The notes under the pieces were generated by a model, which searched no databases, had not been told where the DNA came from, and saw only the letters and a program-made list of their open reading frames with translations. Below are positions 10,305 through 19,295 of a stretch of DNA of 47,343 nt, in pieces. This stretch comes from an uncultured Candidatus Saccharibacteria bacterium. Its GTDB lineage: Bacteria > Patescibacteriota > Minisyncoccia > UBA6257 > 2-01-FULL-56-20. The first letter of the stretch is position 1. Each line of letters opens with the position of its first letter. The DNA is taken from assembly GCA_964374065.1 (NCBI GenBank), contig CAYJWW010000004.1:1-47343 (forward strand), given 5' to 3'. A program made the position numbers and the translations under genes.

Positions 10305-10502
10305 ATGAAAAAAGATCTCAGGAACACATTTAAAGATAAGCCGATCGCGGAGCTTCACAAGGCGTTTAAGGAAAGTCGCGAACGCCTCCGGACGCTTCAA
10401 TTCGATCTCGCTGCCGGCAAAGTAAAGAACGTAAGCGAGCGCCGGACCGTCCGGAAGGACATCGCGCGGATACTCACGGCATTGCGTGAGAAGCAGTCAT
10501 AA
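10305..10502 (+). CDS. rpmC: 50S ribosomal protein L29
   Basis: 65 aa, helical, ELHKAFKESRERLRTLQFDLAAGKVKN. Sits between L16 and S17. Confidence 0.9.
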   Translation: MKKDLRNTFKDKPIAELHKAFKESRERLRTLQFDLAAGKVKNVSERRTVRKDIARILTALREKQS

Positions 10503-10506
10503 CCAT

Positions 10507-10776
10507 ATGGAAAAGAAAACACACACCAGAACGCTCACCGGGGTCGTGGTTTCCGATAAAATGCAGAAGACCAGGGTAGTCGCGGTAGCCACCGTAAAAT
10601 TGCACCCGAAGTATCTGAGGCGGTATAAAGTTACCACCCGTTTTAAGGCGCACGACGAAGCGGACCAATACCATACCGGCGATGCGGTGATTATTGCGGA
10701 GACGCGGCCGCTCTCAAGGGAAAAGCGGTGGCAAATAATCGGAAAAGCCGAGAATGTTGGCGCAAAAAAGATATGA
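10507..10776 (+). CDS. rpsQ: 30S ribosomal protein S17
   Basis: Internal ATG gives MEKKTHTRTLTGVVVSDKMQKTRVV..., an S17 OB fold. Confidence 0.9.
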   Translation: MEKKTHTRTLTGVVVSDKMQKTRVVAVATVKLHPKYLRRYKVTTRFKAHDEADQYHTGDAVIIAETRPLSREKRWQIIGKAENVGAKKI

Positions 10777-11141
10777 TCCAGGAACGCTCCATACTAAAAG
10801 TAGCGGATAACAGCGGCGCGAAGGTCGTTCGCTGCTTTCGCATATTAGGCGGAACTCGGCATCGGTACGCAAGGATCGGGGATATTGTTATTGCGTCGGT
10901 GCAGGTTGCGGAGCCACGGAAGCAGCTCAAAAAAAAGGATATCGTGAAGGCTCTTTTAGTGCGGCAGCGAGAAGCGTTCCGGCGCGCCGACGGGTCGTAT
11001 GTCCGATTTGACGAGAATGCGGTCGTCATCGTTGACAATAAGAAAGAACCGATCGCAACCCGCATATTCGGTCCGTTGCCCCGAGAGCTCAAGGCAAAAG
11101 GGTTCGACAAATTGATGACAATGGCGGAAGAAATCGTATGA
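10773..11141 (+). CDS. rplN: 50S ribosomal protein L14
   Basis: MIQERSILKVADNSGAKVVRCFRILGG is the L14 N-terminus. ATGA overlap with rpsQ. Confidence 0.93.
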   Translation: MIQERSILKVADNSGAKVVRCFRILGGTRHRYARIGDIVIASVQVAEPRKQLKKKDIVKALLVRQREAFRRADGSYVRFDENAVVIVDNKKEPIATRIFGPLPRELKAKGFDKLMTMAEEIV

Positions 11142-11449
11142 GGATCAAAAAAGGCGACAATGTAATAGTATTGAGCGGCAAGGATCGCGGGAAAAGCGGG
11201 AAGGTGCTTACCGTTTTTCCTGATTCGGAGCGCATCTCCGTAGAAGGAGTGAACCTCTATAAGAAGCGCACCCGGCCCAAGCGGAAGGGCGAGAAGGGAG
11301 AAACAGTGCTTGTGGTCCGACCCTTACGCGCCTCGAACGTTCAGGTAATCTGCGGGAGCTGCAAGAACCCCGCCCGCCTTGGCGTGCGTACGGAGGGCAG
11401 CCGAAAAGTCCGGTTCTGTAAAAAATGCGAAACGGCGATCGAAAGATAA
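11138..11449 (+). CDS. rplX: 50S ribosomal protein L24 (KOW) with a C-terminal CxxC...CxxC motif
   Basis: MRIKKGDNVIVLSGKDRGKSGKV is the L24 KOW domain. Cys72/75/94/97 (ICGSCKNP...RFCKKCE) replace the residues found in E. coli L24. Confidence 0.9.
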   Translation: MRIKKGDNVIVLSGKDRGKSGKVLTVFPDSERISVEGVNLYKKRTRPKRKGEKGETVLVVRPLRASNVQVICGSCKNPARLGVRTEGSRKVRFCKKCETAIER

Positions 11450-11463
11450 CGGAGCGCAAAGAT

Positions 11464-11976
11464 ATGACTTCATCATCCGCAATAAAAAAGGAAGAAGGAA
11501 AGATCGCGCATTCCCTCGAGAAGATCGTGGTGAACGCCGGCGTCGGGCGGGCAAGCGGCCAGCCGGGATTCGAGGAAAAAGCGCTTCCGCAGATCCAGCG
11601 CGATCTATCGCTTGTCGCGGGCCAGTTGCCGCAGGTCCGGAAGGCGAGGAAGTCGATTGCGGGCTTCAAAATGAGGCAGGGGCAAGTGGTGGGCGTGCGC
11701 GTGACGCTCCGCGGGAAGAGAATGGTTGATTTTTTCGAGCGTCTCACTAGAATAGTGTTGCCTCGCGTGCGCGATTTTAGCGGCATCAATGCCGATTCGA
11801 TAGATGCCGGGGGCGCGCTCCACATCGGTTTTCGAGAACAGTTTGTTTTCCCGGAAATAAACCCGGAAGAATCGCCGTTCTCGTTTTCTCTGGGGATAAA
11901 TATCGTTCCCAAGAAAAAACGGCGCGAAGCGGCGATAGAGATCTATCGGAAGTTCGGAGTACCCCTCAAGAAATAA
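11464..11976 (+). CDS. rplE: 50S ribosomal protein L5
   Basis: Internal ATG at 11464. ...[10 protein letters not shown]...[21 protein letters not shown] is L5. Confidence 0.93.
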   Translation: MTSSSAIKKEEGKIAHSLEKIVVNAGVGRASGQPGFEEKALPQIQRDLSLVAGQLPQVRKARKSIAGFKMRQGQVVGVRVTLRGKRMVDFFERLTRIVLPRVRDFSGINADSIDAGGALHIGFREQFVFPEINPEESPFSFSLGINIVPKKKRREAAIEIYRKFGVPLKK

Positions 11977-11977
11977 T

Positions 11978-12163
11978 ATGGCCCAAACGTCGTGGATCGC
12001 TCGCAGCAAAAAGGAGCCTAAATTCCGAACGAGAATCGTCCGGCGGTGTTTCCGATGCGGCAGAAAGCGCGGGTTCATGCGAACCTTCGGGATGTGCCGG
12101 ATCTGCTTCCGCGAGATGGCGAGCCGCGGAGAAATACCGGGCGTGCGAAAAGCCTCTTGGTAA
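11978..12163 (+). CDS. rpsN: 30S ribosomal protein S14, zinc-binding type Z
   Basis: 61 aa with [20 protein letters not shown]. Short C4 Zn-ribbon S14. Confidence 0.92.
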   Translation: MAQTSWIARSKKEPKFRTRIVRRCFRCGRKRGFMRTFGMCRICFREMASRGEIPGVRKASW

Positions 12164-12167
12164 CGGC

Positions 12168-12548
12168 ATGCATTACGATTTTCTCATACAAATAAAGAAT
12201 GCGGCTCGAGCGAAGAAGGAGTCGCTCATCGCTCCATTTTCAAAGTTCGACCTGGAGATCGCCCGCTTGCTTGTCGGTGCGGGTTATCTTCACGATGCGC
12301 AAAAAAAGACGATAAATAAGAAACACTACATCGAAGTGAAGCTCCGGTATCGAGGGGGCGAGCCCGCATTCACGAATTTTCGCGTGATCAGCAAGCCCGG
12401 AAGAAGGGTATACGCCGGATACCGCGACATGAGATCCGTGAAGCAGGGATACGGTTTGGGTTTTTTCTCCACTCCCTCAGGAGTGCGTTCCAATCGGGAT
12501 GCCCGAAAGCAAAAAGTCGGTGGAGAATATTTATTCGAAGTGTGGTAA
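12168..12548 (+). CDS. rpsH: 30S ribosomal protein S8
   Basis: 126 aa. MHYDFLIQIKNA...GGEYLFEVW is S8. Confidence 0.93.
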   Translation: MHYDFLIQIKNAARAKKESLIAPFSKFDLEIARLLVGAGYLHDAQKKTINKKHYIEVKLRYRGGEPAFTNFRVISKPGRRVYAGYRDMRSVKQGYGLGFFSTPSGVRSNRDARKQKVGGEYLFEVW

Positions 12549-12552
12549 ACCC

Positions 12553-13095
12553 ATGTCGCGCCTAATACGAAAGCCCATAATCGTTCCGGCGGGAGTCACC
12601 GTGCAGTCGGAGGATTCGTTCGTGCGAATTCAGGGTTCCAAAGGGGAGCTCCGCGTCCCCGTGCTTTCCATGTGCAAGATCGAAGTCGAACCCGGGGGGG
12701 TTCGGGTCGTCGCAGATCTCGGGAGCAAGAAAAGCAGGAGTTTTGCGGGAACTATGGCCGCCAAGATCCGCAATGCGATACAAGGAGTGCAAGACGGGTT
12801 CACCAAGAAACTCGAGATCGAAGGAGTGGGATATCGGGCGATGATGGAGGGGGACCAGCTCGTGCTTTCCTTGGGATACGTCCATCCGGTTCGTTTCGGG
12901 GTTCCCGAGGGCGTTACGGTTCAGGTTGAGAAAAACGTCATCACTGTCTCCGGAACCGACCGGGACCTCGTGGGTCAGACTGCATCCAGCATCAAGATGC
13001 TCAAACGGCCGGAGCCTTACAAGGGCAAAGGCATTCGATATCAAGGAGAAGTTATTCGACGCAAGGCGGGAAAGAAGGCGGTCGCTTCCGGATAG
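12553..13095 (+). CDS. rplF: 50S ribosomal protein L6
   Basis: Internal ATG gives MSRLIRKPIIVPAGVTV..., the L6 two-domain pattern. Confidence 0.93.
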   Translation: MSRLIRKPIIVPAGVTVQSEDSFVRIQGSKGELRVPVLSMCKIEVEPGGVRVVADLGSKKSRSFAGTMAAKIRNAIQGVQDGFTKKLEIEGVGYRAMMEGDQLVLSLGYVHPVRFGVPEGVTVQVEKNVITVSGTDRDLVGQTASSIKMLKRPEPYKGKGIRYQGEVIRRKAGKKAVASG

Positions 13096-13126
13096 ACGAT
13101 GTTCTCATGCGTATAGAACCTAAAAT

Positions 13127-13480
13127 ATGAAGTACACCATTCAGAAGATCAGAATTCGGCGGAAGCGCCGCATCCGTGCGAGAATCGCGGGGGTTTCCGA
13201 CCGGCCGCGGCTTTCCGTATTCAGGAGCAACCAAGGAATCTATGCCCAGCTCATCGACGACAGGGAAGGAAGGACGCTTATTGCAGCTTCTTCCCGTGAA
13301 GTAAAAGCGGGCGACAAGGCGAAAAAGACGGATAAAGCCTTTTCGGTCGGTGAGTTGCTCGCGAAACGGGCGAAAGAAGCGGGGGTTGAGAAGGCCGTTT
13401 TCGACAGGGGCGCCTATAAGTTTCACGGCAGAGTGAAGGCGGTTGCCGAAGGCGCAAAAAAGGCAGGATTGGAAGTTTAG
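13127..13480 (+). CDS. rplR: 50S ribosomal protein L18
   Basis: ...[20 protein letters not shown]...[21 protein letters not shown] is L18. Confidence 0.93.
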   Translation: MKYTIQKIRIRRKRRIRARIAGVSDRPRLSVFRSNQGIYAQLIDDREGRTLIAASSREVKAGDKAKKTDKAFSVGELLAKRAKEAGVEKAVFDRGAYKFHGRVKAVAEGAKKAGLEV

Positions 13481-13492
13481 TATTATATTCTT

Positions 13493-13960
13493 ATGCCGAG
13501 AGACCGATATATAAGAAAAGACGATTTTAAAGAGAAGGTGCTTGACCTTCGGCGCGTTACCCGCGTCGTTGCCGGCGGGAAACGATTCCGTTTCCGTGCG
13601 ACCGTTGTGGTGGGCGATGAAAAGGGAAGAGTCGGGGTCGGTGTCGCGAAGGGGATTGATGTCGCCTCGGCTGTTGCAAAGGCAAGGGCCATGGGAGTTG
13701 ACCGTGTGATCGCGGTCAAACTTAAAGACGGAAGGACGATACCCCATGAGGTCGGGGCCAAATACAGCGCCGCAAAAGTGCTCATAAAGCCATCGAAGGC
13801 CGGGCAGGGCCTCAAAGCGGGGGGTGCGCCGCGCGTGGTGCTCGCGCTTGCCGGGATTAAGGATGCTTCGGCGAAATGCCTCGGGCGGACCCCGAATAAG
13901 CTCACGAATGCGATGGCGACGCTTGAGGCGCTTAAGCAGCTCAAGAGCCGCAGCGTCTAA
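13493..13960 (+). CDS. rpsE: 30S ribosomal protein S5
   Basis: ...VLDLRRVTRVVAGGKRFRFRATVVVGD...GAPRVVLALAGIKD is S5. Confidence 0.95.
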   Translation: MPRDRYIRKDDFKEKVLDLRRVTRVVAGGKRFRFRATVVVGDEKGRVGVGVAKGIDVASAVAKARAMGVDRVIAVKLKDGRTIPHEVGAKYSAAKVLIKPSKAGQGLKAGGAPRVVLALAGIKDASAKCLGRTPNKLTNAMATLEALKQLKSRSV

Positions 13961-13983
13961 GCGTTCAGGCATAGAAACACAAC

Positions 13984-14418
13984 ATGCAACTGCATCAACT
14001 ACCCGGCTTAAAAAGGAAACGACCGCACCGTATCGGACGCGGAGGGAAGCGCGGCAGCTATTCCGGGAGAGGGATCAAAGGACAGCGCTCGCGAGCCGGC
14101 CGAAGAATCCGTCCGGCGATCCGGGATCTCATCATTCGGATTCCGAAGCGGCGCGGGTTCCGCAATAAAGTCAAAACGGCAAAATCGCACGCAATCGATA
14201 TCCGCCGATTACACCTTGCACTCACGCAGCGGTTCAAAGCGCAAACGCAGTTCGAGGTTACCCCCGCAATGCTTCGTGAACTGGGGTTACTCAAAGGCAG
14301 AGGGAGCGCAAAGCTCCTGGGGAAAGGAGCACTGAATGCGGCGCTTCACGTGAAGGGGGTTTCAATCTCCGCGCCCGCGAAACAGAGCGTCTTAAAGGCC
14401 GGAGGAACAGTTGAATAG
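13984..14418 (+). CDS. rplO: 50S ribosomal protein L15 (follows S5 directly, with no L30 gene between)
   Basis: MQLHQLPGLKRKRPHRIGRGGKRGSYSGRG is L15. The 23-nt gap from rpsE leaves no room for rpmD. Confidence 0.93.
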   Translation: MQLHQLPGLKRKRPHRIGRGGKRGSYSGRGIKGQRSRAGRRIRPAIRDLIIRIPKRRGFRNKVKTAKSHAIDIRRLHLALTQRFKAQTQFEVTPAMLRELGLLKGRGSAKLLGKGALNAALHVKGVSISAPAKQSVLKAGGTVE

Positions 14419-15690
14419 ATGAACCGCTTTCTCCAGATCTTCAGGGTTAAGGACCTTCGGAATAAGGTGCTCATCGTCATTGGGCTTCTCGTCGCATTCC
14501 GCCTGCTCGCTGCGATACCCATCCCCGGAGTGAACGCGCAAAAGCTCCAGGAATTCTTCGGATCGAACCAGCTCTTCGGTTTTTTGAACATTTTTTCCGG
14601 CGGCGGTCTCGAAAGCCTATCGGTCGTGATGTTGGGAGTCGGCCCATATATCACCGCTACCATCATCATGCAGCTCCTCACGATAATTTTCCCGAAATTC
14701 AAGCAGCTCTACTATGAAGAGGGGGAGCGTGGCAGAGCGAAGTTCAACCAATATTCGCGGATGCTTACGGTGCCGCTCGCGATTCTCCAGGCATACGGGT
14801 TCTTAAGCCTTCTCGCGCGACAGGGAGCGCTTGATCAGTTGGGTTTTTTCCAGATGACCACGAGCGTTCTCGCGATTACCGCAGGGTCGATGGTTTCGCT
14901 GTGGCTTGGCGAGCTCATCAGCGAACAGAAAGTCGGGAACGGCATCTCGCTCATCATTCTTGCCGGCATCGTCAGCCGGCTTCCTTCCGACGCCCAGCTT
15001 GCGCTCGCATCGTATACCCCCGGGCTGCTCCCCACGTATATCGGCTTCATTTTTATCACTGTTGTTCTGATCGGCGGCGTTGTGTATTTGAATGAGGGAG
15101 AGCGGAAGATACCGATTACCTACGCGCGGCGGGTTCGAGGCACGAAACTTTACGGCGGCGTCTCGAGTTACCTTCCGCTCAAAGTCAATCAAGCCGGCAT
15201 GATCCCGCTCATCTTTGCCATTTCGGTTCTTCTTTTTCCGCAGTTCGCCGCCCAGATCGTTTCGACGATATCCGTCGAGGTGGGAACCGCCATAAACGAA
15301 TTGGTGACGAGGTTCCTGAATAATCAAGTTTTTTACGGCGTGTTTTACTTCATGCTCGTGGTGCTCTTCACATACTTTTACACCGCAATTACGTTTAACC
15401 CCGAAGAGATCGCCAAGAACCTTCAGCGCAGCGGCGGGTTCGTTCCGGGCATCCGGCCGGGAGAGGCGACCGGTAAGTTTTTCTCCTCCATCATTCAGCG
15501 GGTCACGTTCTTCGGGGCGATTTTCCTGGGATTCATCGCGGTGCTTCCGATCATCGTCCAGAGCATCACGAAAGTTTCTGTGCTTACCGTGAGCGGTACG
15601 GCGCTCTTGATCGTGGTGGCGGTCGCTCTGGAGACCATGCGTCAGATCAATTCACAACTTACGGTGCGTGAATACGAAGGGATTCGGTGA
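14419..15690 (+). CDS. secY: preprotein translocase subunit SecY
   Basis: 423 aa, 10 TM. ...IFSGGGLESLSVVMLGVGPYITATIIMQLL... is SecY. Confidence 0.95.
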   Translation: MNRFLQIFRVKDLRNKVLIVIGLLVAFRLLAAIPIPGVNAQKLQEFFGSNQLFGFLNIFSGGGLESLSVVMLGVGPYITATIIMQLLTIIFPKFKQLYYEEGERGRAKFNQYSRMLTVPLAILQAYGFLSLLARQGALDQLGFFQMTTSVLAITAGSMVSLWLGELISEQKVGNGISLIILAGIVSRLPSDAQLALASYTPGLLPTYIGFIFITVVLIGGVVYLNEGERKIPITYARRVRGTKLYGGVSSYLPLKVNQAGMIPLIFAISVLLFPQFAAQIVSTISVEVGTAINELVTRFLNNQVFYGVFYFMLVVLFTYFYTAITFNPEEIAKNLQRSGGFVPGIRPGEATGKFFSSIIQRVTFFGAIFLGFIAVLPIIVQSITKVSVLTVSGTALLIVVAVALETMRQINSQLTVREYEGIR

Positions 15691-15838
15691 TCCCGAAACC
15701 CCTTGCAGGAGTGAGCTTTCTTGGTATTCTGGAAGAAGCAGAAACCGCGCAGGCAACGAGCATAGTGTGGAGGGGCAGATGGTTCCTATCCCTGCGAGTG
15801 AACGGACCGCGACGATGACAGCGAGGAGCCGATTCCTG

Positions 15839-16006
15839 ATGAGCGATTATGTGTGCCGCAAGTGTGACGCCCCCGCTTATTTTGATTTTCAAACGCTCAA
15901 GTGGGAGTGTTCGGGATCGAGCTGCGGGATTTCAGCCGGGCTCGGCGACGTCTCATATCTCTTCCACAGCCCCGTCAATCTGCGCGCTCAGACGTTCTTG
16001 TTCTAG
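15839..16006 (+). CDS. hypothetical small protein (55 aa) with a CxxC...Cx4C zinc-ribbon-like motif
   Basis: MSDYVCRKCDAPAYFDFQTLKWECSGSSCG... GAGGAG lies 10 nt upstream. Part of the track ORF 15668..16006, whose 5' part overlaps the secY end. Confidence 0.3.
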   Translation: MSDYVCRKCDAPAYFDFQTLKWECSGSSCGISAGLGDVSYLFHSPVNLRAQTFLF

Positions 16007-16020
16007 GGGCTTCGCACGCC

Positions 16021-16080
16021 GACCCTCGCGTCCTTCGGGCTCACACGGCCGCTCGAGTTAGCTTGCTCCGTGTGAGGGTC
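16021..16080 (+). other. GC-rich nested inverted-repeat element (GACCCTC/GAGGGTC and CTCACACGG/CCGTGTGAG arms), probably structured RNA
   Basis: Two complementary arm pairs enclose a CC-UUCG-GG mini-hairpin. Non-coding. Confidence 0.35.
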
Positions 16081-16108
16081 ACGGCTTGCGGGGTCTGCGA
16101 TCTAAAAG

Positions 16109-16134
16109 GGGGCGCGCGGAACGCCCCTTTGTTT
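16109..16134 (+). terminator. intrinsic terminator (GGGGCG-cgcggaa-CGCCCC + TTTGTTT) ending 4 nt before the next ATG
   Basis: 6-bp GC stem, 7-nt loop, T-rich tail. The ATG of the downstream methyltransferase is at 16138. Confidence 0.55.
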
Positions 16135-16137
16135 ATC

Positions 16138-16629
16138 ATGAGATCAATAGTGGTCATTTTACATAACGTGCGGAGCCTCCATAACGTAGGTTCCATCTTC
16201 CGGACCTCGGACGGGGCCGGGGTGGAGAATATATATCTGTGCGGGATCACTCCGCTTCCCCTTGACCGCCTCGGACGGGTCCGTCCCCAGATCGCCAAAG
16301 TCGCATTAGGAGCCGAACGTTCACTGCCATGGGAACACCGGCCGCGCACGTCCTCTCTTATCAAGGAACTGCGCGCCCGCGGATATCGGGTCATCGCCGT
16401 CGAACAGAATCACAATGCCGTGCCGTTGCGCGAGGGGATAAGAAGCGTCCCGAAGCACGCGCCGATCGCATTGGTATTCGGGAATGAGGTGCGCGGAATC
16501 CCTTCCCCTATCATCGCGAATGCCGATTTGGTGTGCAGTATTCCAATGTTCGGCGGAAAAGAGTCTCTCAACGTGAGCGTTGCGGTCGGCATCGCGCTTT
16601 TCGGTTTTCGCCAAAGCGAGGAAAAATGA
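16138..16629 (+). CDS. SpoU/TrmH-family RNA 2'-O-methyltransferase (small TrmL/TrmH-like)
   Basis: 163 aa from the internal ATG. HNVGSIFRTSDGAG...ALVFGNEVRGIP...SIPMFGGKESLNVSVAVGIALF are SPOUT knot motifs. Confidence 0.8.
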   Translation: MRSIVVILHNVRSLHNVGSIFRTSDGAGVENIYLCGITPLPLDRLGRVRPQIAKVALGAERSLPWEHRPRTSSLIKELRARGYRVIAVEQNHNAVPLREGIRSVPKHAPIALVFGNEVRGIPSPIIANADLVCSIPMFGGKESLNVSVAVGIALFGFRQSEEK

Positions 16630-16997
16630 TCGTTACGCTTCGCGGGGTTCCGCTTTCCGTTCGCCTTGCCGAGACCTCTTTTTCCCGCGCAAAAGGGTTA
16701 TTGGGAGAAAGAAGCATGGGGCACCATGACGGAATGCTCTTCCGTTTCCCGCGGGCGAGGCAATATTGCTTCTGGACGTTCGGGATGAGATTCCCGATCG
16801 ACATACTGTGGTTCAGAGAGCGCCGTCTTCTGGAGATTGAGCCCTCGGTTGCGCCATCGCGCATGCCATGGCGCGGACTTTTTCGACCGAGAGAAGACGT
16901 CGACATGGTACTCGAATTAGCCGCAGGAGCGGCAGCGCGGTGCGGCTTCGCGGTCGGCGATCTGCTTTCTTTCCCGGAGCACGATGGAACGGTATAA
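16626..16997 (+). CDS. DUF192 (COG1430) domain protein
   Basis: MIVTLRGVPLSVRLAETSFSRAKGLLG...GMLFRFP...IDILWF is the conserved DUF192 pattern. ATGA overlap with the upstream gene. Confidence 0.7.
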   Translation: MIVTLRGVPLSVRLAETSFSRAKGLLGERSMGHHDGMLFRFPRARQYCFWTFGMRFPIDILWFRERRLLEIEPSVAPSRMPWRGLFRPREDVDMVLELAAGAAARCGFAVGDLLSFPEHDGTV

Positions 16998-17004
16998 TAA
17001 AGGC

Positions 17005-18036
17005 ATGAAGCAGGTTCGGATCGCCTTGAACGGGTTCGGCCGGATCGGAAGGCTGTTTTTCCGGCAAGTTGCGGATCTTCCCGAATTTCGTATCGCGGCG
17101 ATAAACGACTTGGGCGATATTGAGAATCTCGCCTATCTCCTGAAATACGATACGGTGTACGGCAGGTTCCATGCCGATGTAAGGCCGGATACGCGAACGA
17201 ACTGTCTTCTTGTCGGGGGAGCTTCGATTCCGGTCTTTCAAATGAAGGACCCGGCGCAGCTTCCGTGGAAGAGCCTGGATATCGACGTGGTGATTGAGGC
17301 AACGGGCGTTTTCGATTCTTACTCTTCGGCGAAAGTCCATCTCCAAGCAGGAGGGAAGCGGGTCGTGATCACCGCTCCCGCAAAGGATCCCGACGGAGCC
17401 GAAGGGCAGACGGTTCTCGTGGGCGTGAATGAGGACAAATTGAACGCTTGCCCCATCACCTCGAACGGCTCGTGCACCACCAACTCCGCCTCGCCCGTGA
17501 TGCAGATCCTTTCCGAGAATCCAGGCATTTTGAAGGCAAGCCTCTCAACCGTCCACGCGTATACCGCCACCCAAAGCATCGTGGACGGCCCGGCGCGCGG
17601 AGGGCATGACTTTCGAAAGGGAAGGGCGGCGGCGCAGAACACCGTGCCGGAAACCACCGGCGCCGCCATTTCGGTCGCGCGTGCCATTCCCGGACTTCAG
17701 GGCCGTTTCGACGGGCTGGCGTTCCGCGTTCCCAACATCACCGGGTCCATTTCGGACATCACGTTCCTTGCAAAGAGGAAGACGAGCGTCGAGGAGATCA
17801 ACCAGGTTCTCACGGACGCCGCGAGTTCGCCGCGCTGGCAGGGGATTCTCAGGGTCACGCGGGACCAGCTTGTGTCTTCCGATATTATCGGCGAACCCTA
17901 CGGCGCGATCGTTCCCTTGGATCTCACGAAAGTGATCGACGGCGACCTCGTCAAAGTGCTTTCCTGGTACGACAATGAGTGGGGTTATGTGTCCACTCTG
18001 GTGAGGCACATTAAAGCAGCAGCGTTGCATCTATAG
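17005..18036 (+). CDS. gap: glyceraldehyde-3-phosphate dehydrogenase, type I
   Basis: MKQVRIALNGFGRIGR...SCTTNS...WYDNEWGY are GAPDH hallmarks. The track ORF starts 7 codons earlier. Confidence 0.93.
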   Translation: MKQVRIALNGFGRIGRLFFRQVADLPEFRIAAINDLGDIENLAYLLKYDTVYGRFHADVRPDTRTNCLLVGGASIPVFQMKDPAQLPWKSLDIDVVIEATGVFDSYSSAKVHLQAGGKRVVITAPAKDPDGAEGQTVLVGVNEDKLNACPITSNGSCTTNSASPVMQILSENPGILKASLSTVHAYTATQSIVDGPARGGHDFRKGRAAAQNTVPETTGAAISVARAIPGLQGRFDGLAFRVPNITGSISDITFLAKRKTSVEEINQVLTDAASSPRWQGILRVTRDQLVSSDIIGEPYGAIVPLDLTKVIDGDLVKVLSWYDNEWGYVSTLVRHIKAAALHL

Positions 18037-18128
18037 ATTCAGAGGATGGCGTAGCGGCGGCATGCGAGCGCGGCGTGTGTGGGGGGCGGTTTCTCGTATC
18101 CCCTCGCGAATGCGACGGAGATTCGGTG

Positions 18129-18137
18129 TGTTATAAT
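18129..18137 (+). promoter_or_regulatory. extended -10 promoter element (TGtTATAAT) upstream of rpiB
   Basis: TG at 18129-18130 and TATAAT at 18132-18137, 50 nt before the rpiB ATG. Confidence 0.45.
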
Positions 18138-18186
18138 GAACACCTGACTTGTTTGGGTCCCAAAATCAAAAATTAGACACCACTGA

Positions 18187-18642
18187 ATGGTCATCTATCT
18201 CGGCGCGGATCACCGCGGATTCAATCTCAAAGAAGCGCTCAAGAGCTTTCTCCGGGACGAAGGATATGAAGTGCACGACATGGGTGCGAGCGACTACAAC
18301 AAAGACGACGATTACGTGGATTTCGCCGTTCAAGTTGCGGGCGCCGTAGCGCGGGATTCTGAGCACGGGAGGGGAATTCTGATCTGTGGTTCCGGAACCG
18401 GGATGGACATTGCGGCGAACAAGTTTCGCGGGGTTCGCGCCACGTTGGGGGCCATGGCCGATCAGGTTTTCAGCGCGCGGCACGATGATAATGCGAACGT
18501 GCTTGCACTGGCAGCCGATTTTATGAGCGAGCTCGAAGCGAAAAAAATGGTAAAAGTATTTCTCCAGACCCCGTTTGGAGACGAGGAACGTTACCGAAGG
18601 CGGCTCGAAAAGATCGCAAATATCGAAAGCGGAAGCTGGTGA
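18187..18642 (+). CDS. rpiB: ribose-5-phosphate isomerase B (RpiB/LacAB family)
   Basis: MVIYLGADHRGFNLKEAL...GRGILICGSGTGMDIAANK... Confidence 0.88.
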   Translation: MVIYLGADHRGFNLKEALKSFLRDEGYEVHDMGASDYNKDDDYVDFAVQVAGAVARDSEHGRGILICGSGTGMDIAANKFRGVRATLGAMADQVFSARHDDNANVLALAADFMSELEAKKMVKVFLQTPFGDEERYRRRLEKIANIESGSW

Positions 18643-19295
18643 AGCCGATGATAGAAGTATTCCCCGTAATCAATTGTCCGGATCTGGAGTGTGTCATCAA
18701 AGAGCTCCATCAGTTCGAGAAATTTGCGACGTGGGTTCATTTGGACGTTGCGGACGGCAAGTTTACGTTCCACAAGACATGGAACGAACCTTCGCTATGG
18801 CCGGACCTCAAAAGCAGATTGTCGCTCGAGGTTCATTGCATGGTGGATGATCCCGAGACGCATGCCGCGGCTTGGCTCAAAGCCGGAGCGAAACGCGTGA
18901 TTGTGCATCACGAGGTTCTTTCCGCCGCTTCTGCCGGAAGGATCTTGGATGCGGCGCGAAAGAAGGGGGCGGCGGCGATGATCGCGATAAATCCGGAAAC
19001 GCCCGCAGAGCGGCTCCGTCCGTACTTCAAAGAGTGGCGGGCGTTCCAAGTGCTCTCCGTTCACCCGGGCCTTGCGGGACAGAACTTTCTCCCGCTTGTC
19101 GTGCCGAAGATTTCGTTTTTGCGCCGCGAGATGCCCGATGCGATAATCGAAGTCGACGGGGGTATGAACGAAAAAACCGCACGCCTCGTGCGGGAGGCGG
19201 GAGCAAACGTCATAACTTCTTCCAAGTATGTTCTCGAATCACCCGACTCGCGCAAGGCGTACGACGAATTGCGGAAGGCGCTTGCGCGCGCATGA
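18639..19295 (+). CDS. rpe: ribulose-phosphate 3-epimerase
   Basis: HLDVADGKF...SVHPGLAGQNF...VDGGMN are Rpe TIM-barrel motifs. ATGA overlap with rpiB. Confidence 0.85.
   Translation: MKPMIEVFPVINCPDLECVIKELHQFEKFATWVHLDVADGKFTFHKTWNEPSLWPDLKSRLSLEVHCMVDDPETHAAAWLKAGAKRVIVHHEVLSAASAGRILDAARKKGAAAMIAINPETPAERLRPYFKEWRAFQVLSVHPGLAGQNFLPLVVPKISFLRREMPDAIIEVDGGMNEKTARLVREAGANVITSSKYVLESPDSRKAYDELRKALARA

Noticed and set aside
16007-16137. Idea that the structured region after secY is the SRP (4.5S) RNA or another known housekeeping RNA
   Set aside because: From memory, the conserved SRP domain-IV features (GGAA tetraloop context with AGCAGC/symmetric loop) are not recognisable. I cannot support the call without a covariance-model search, so it is kept only as an unclassified structured element.
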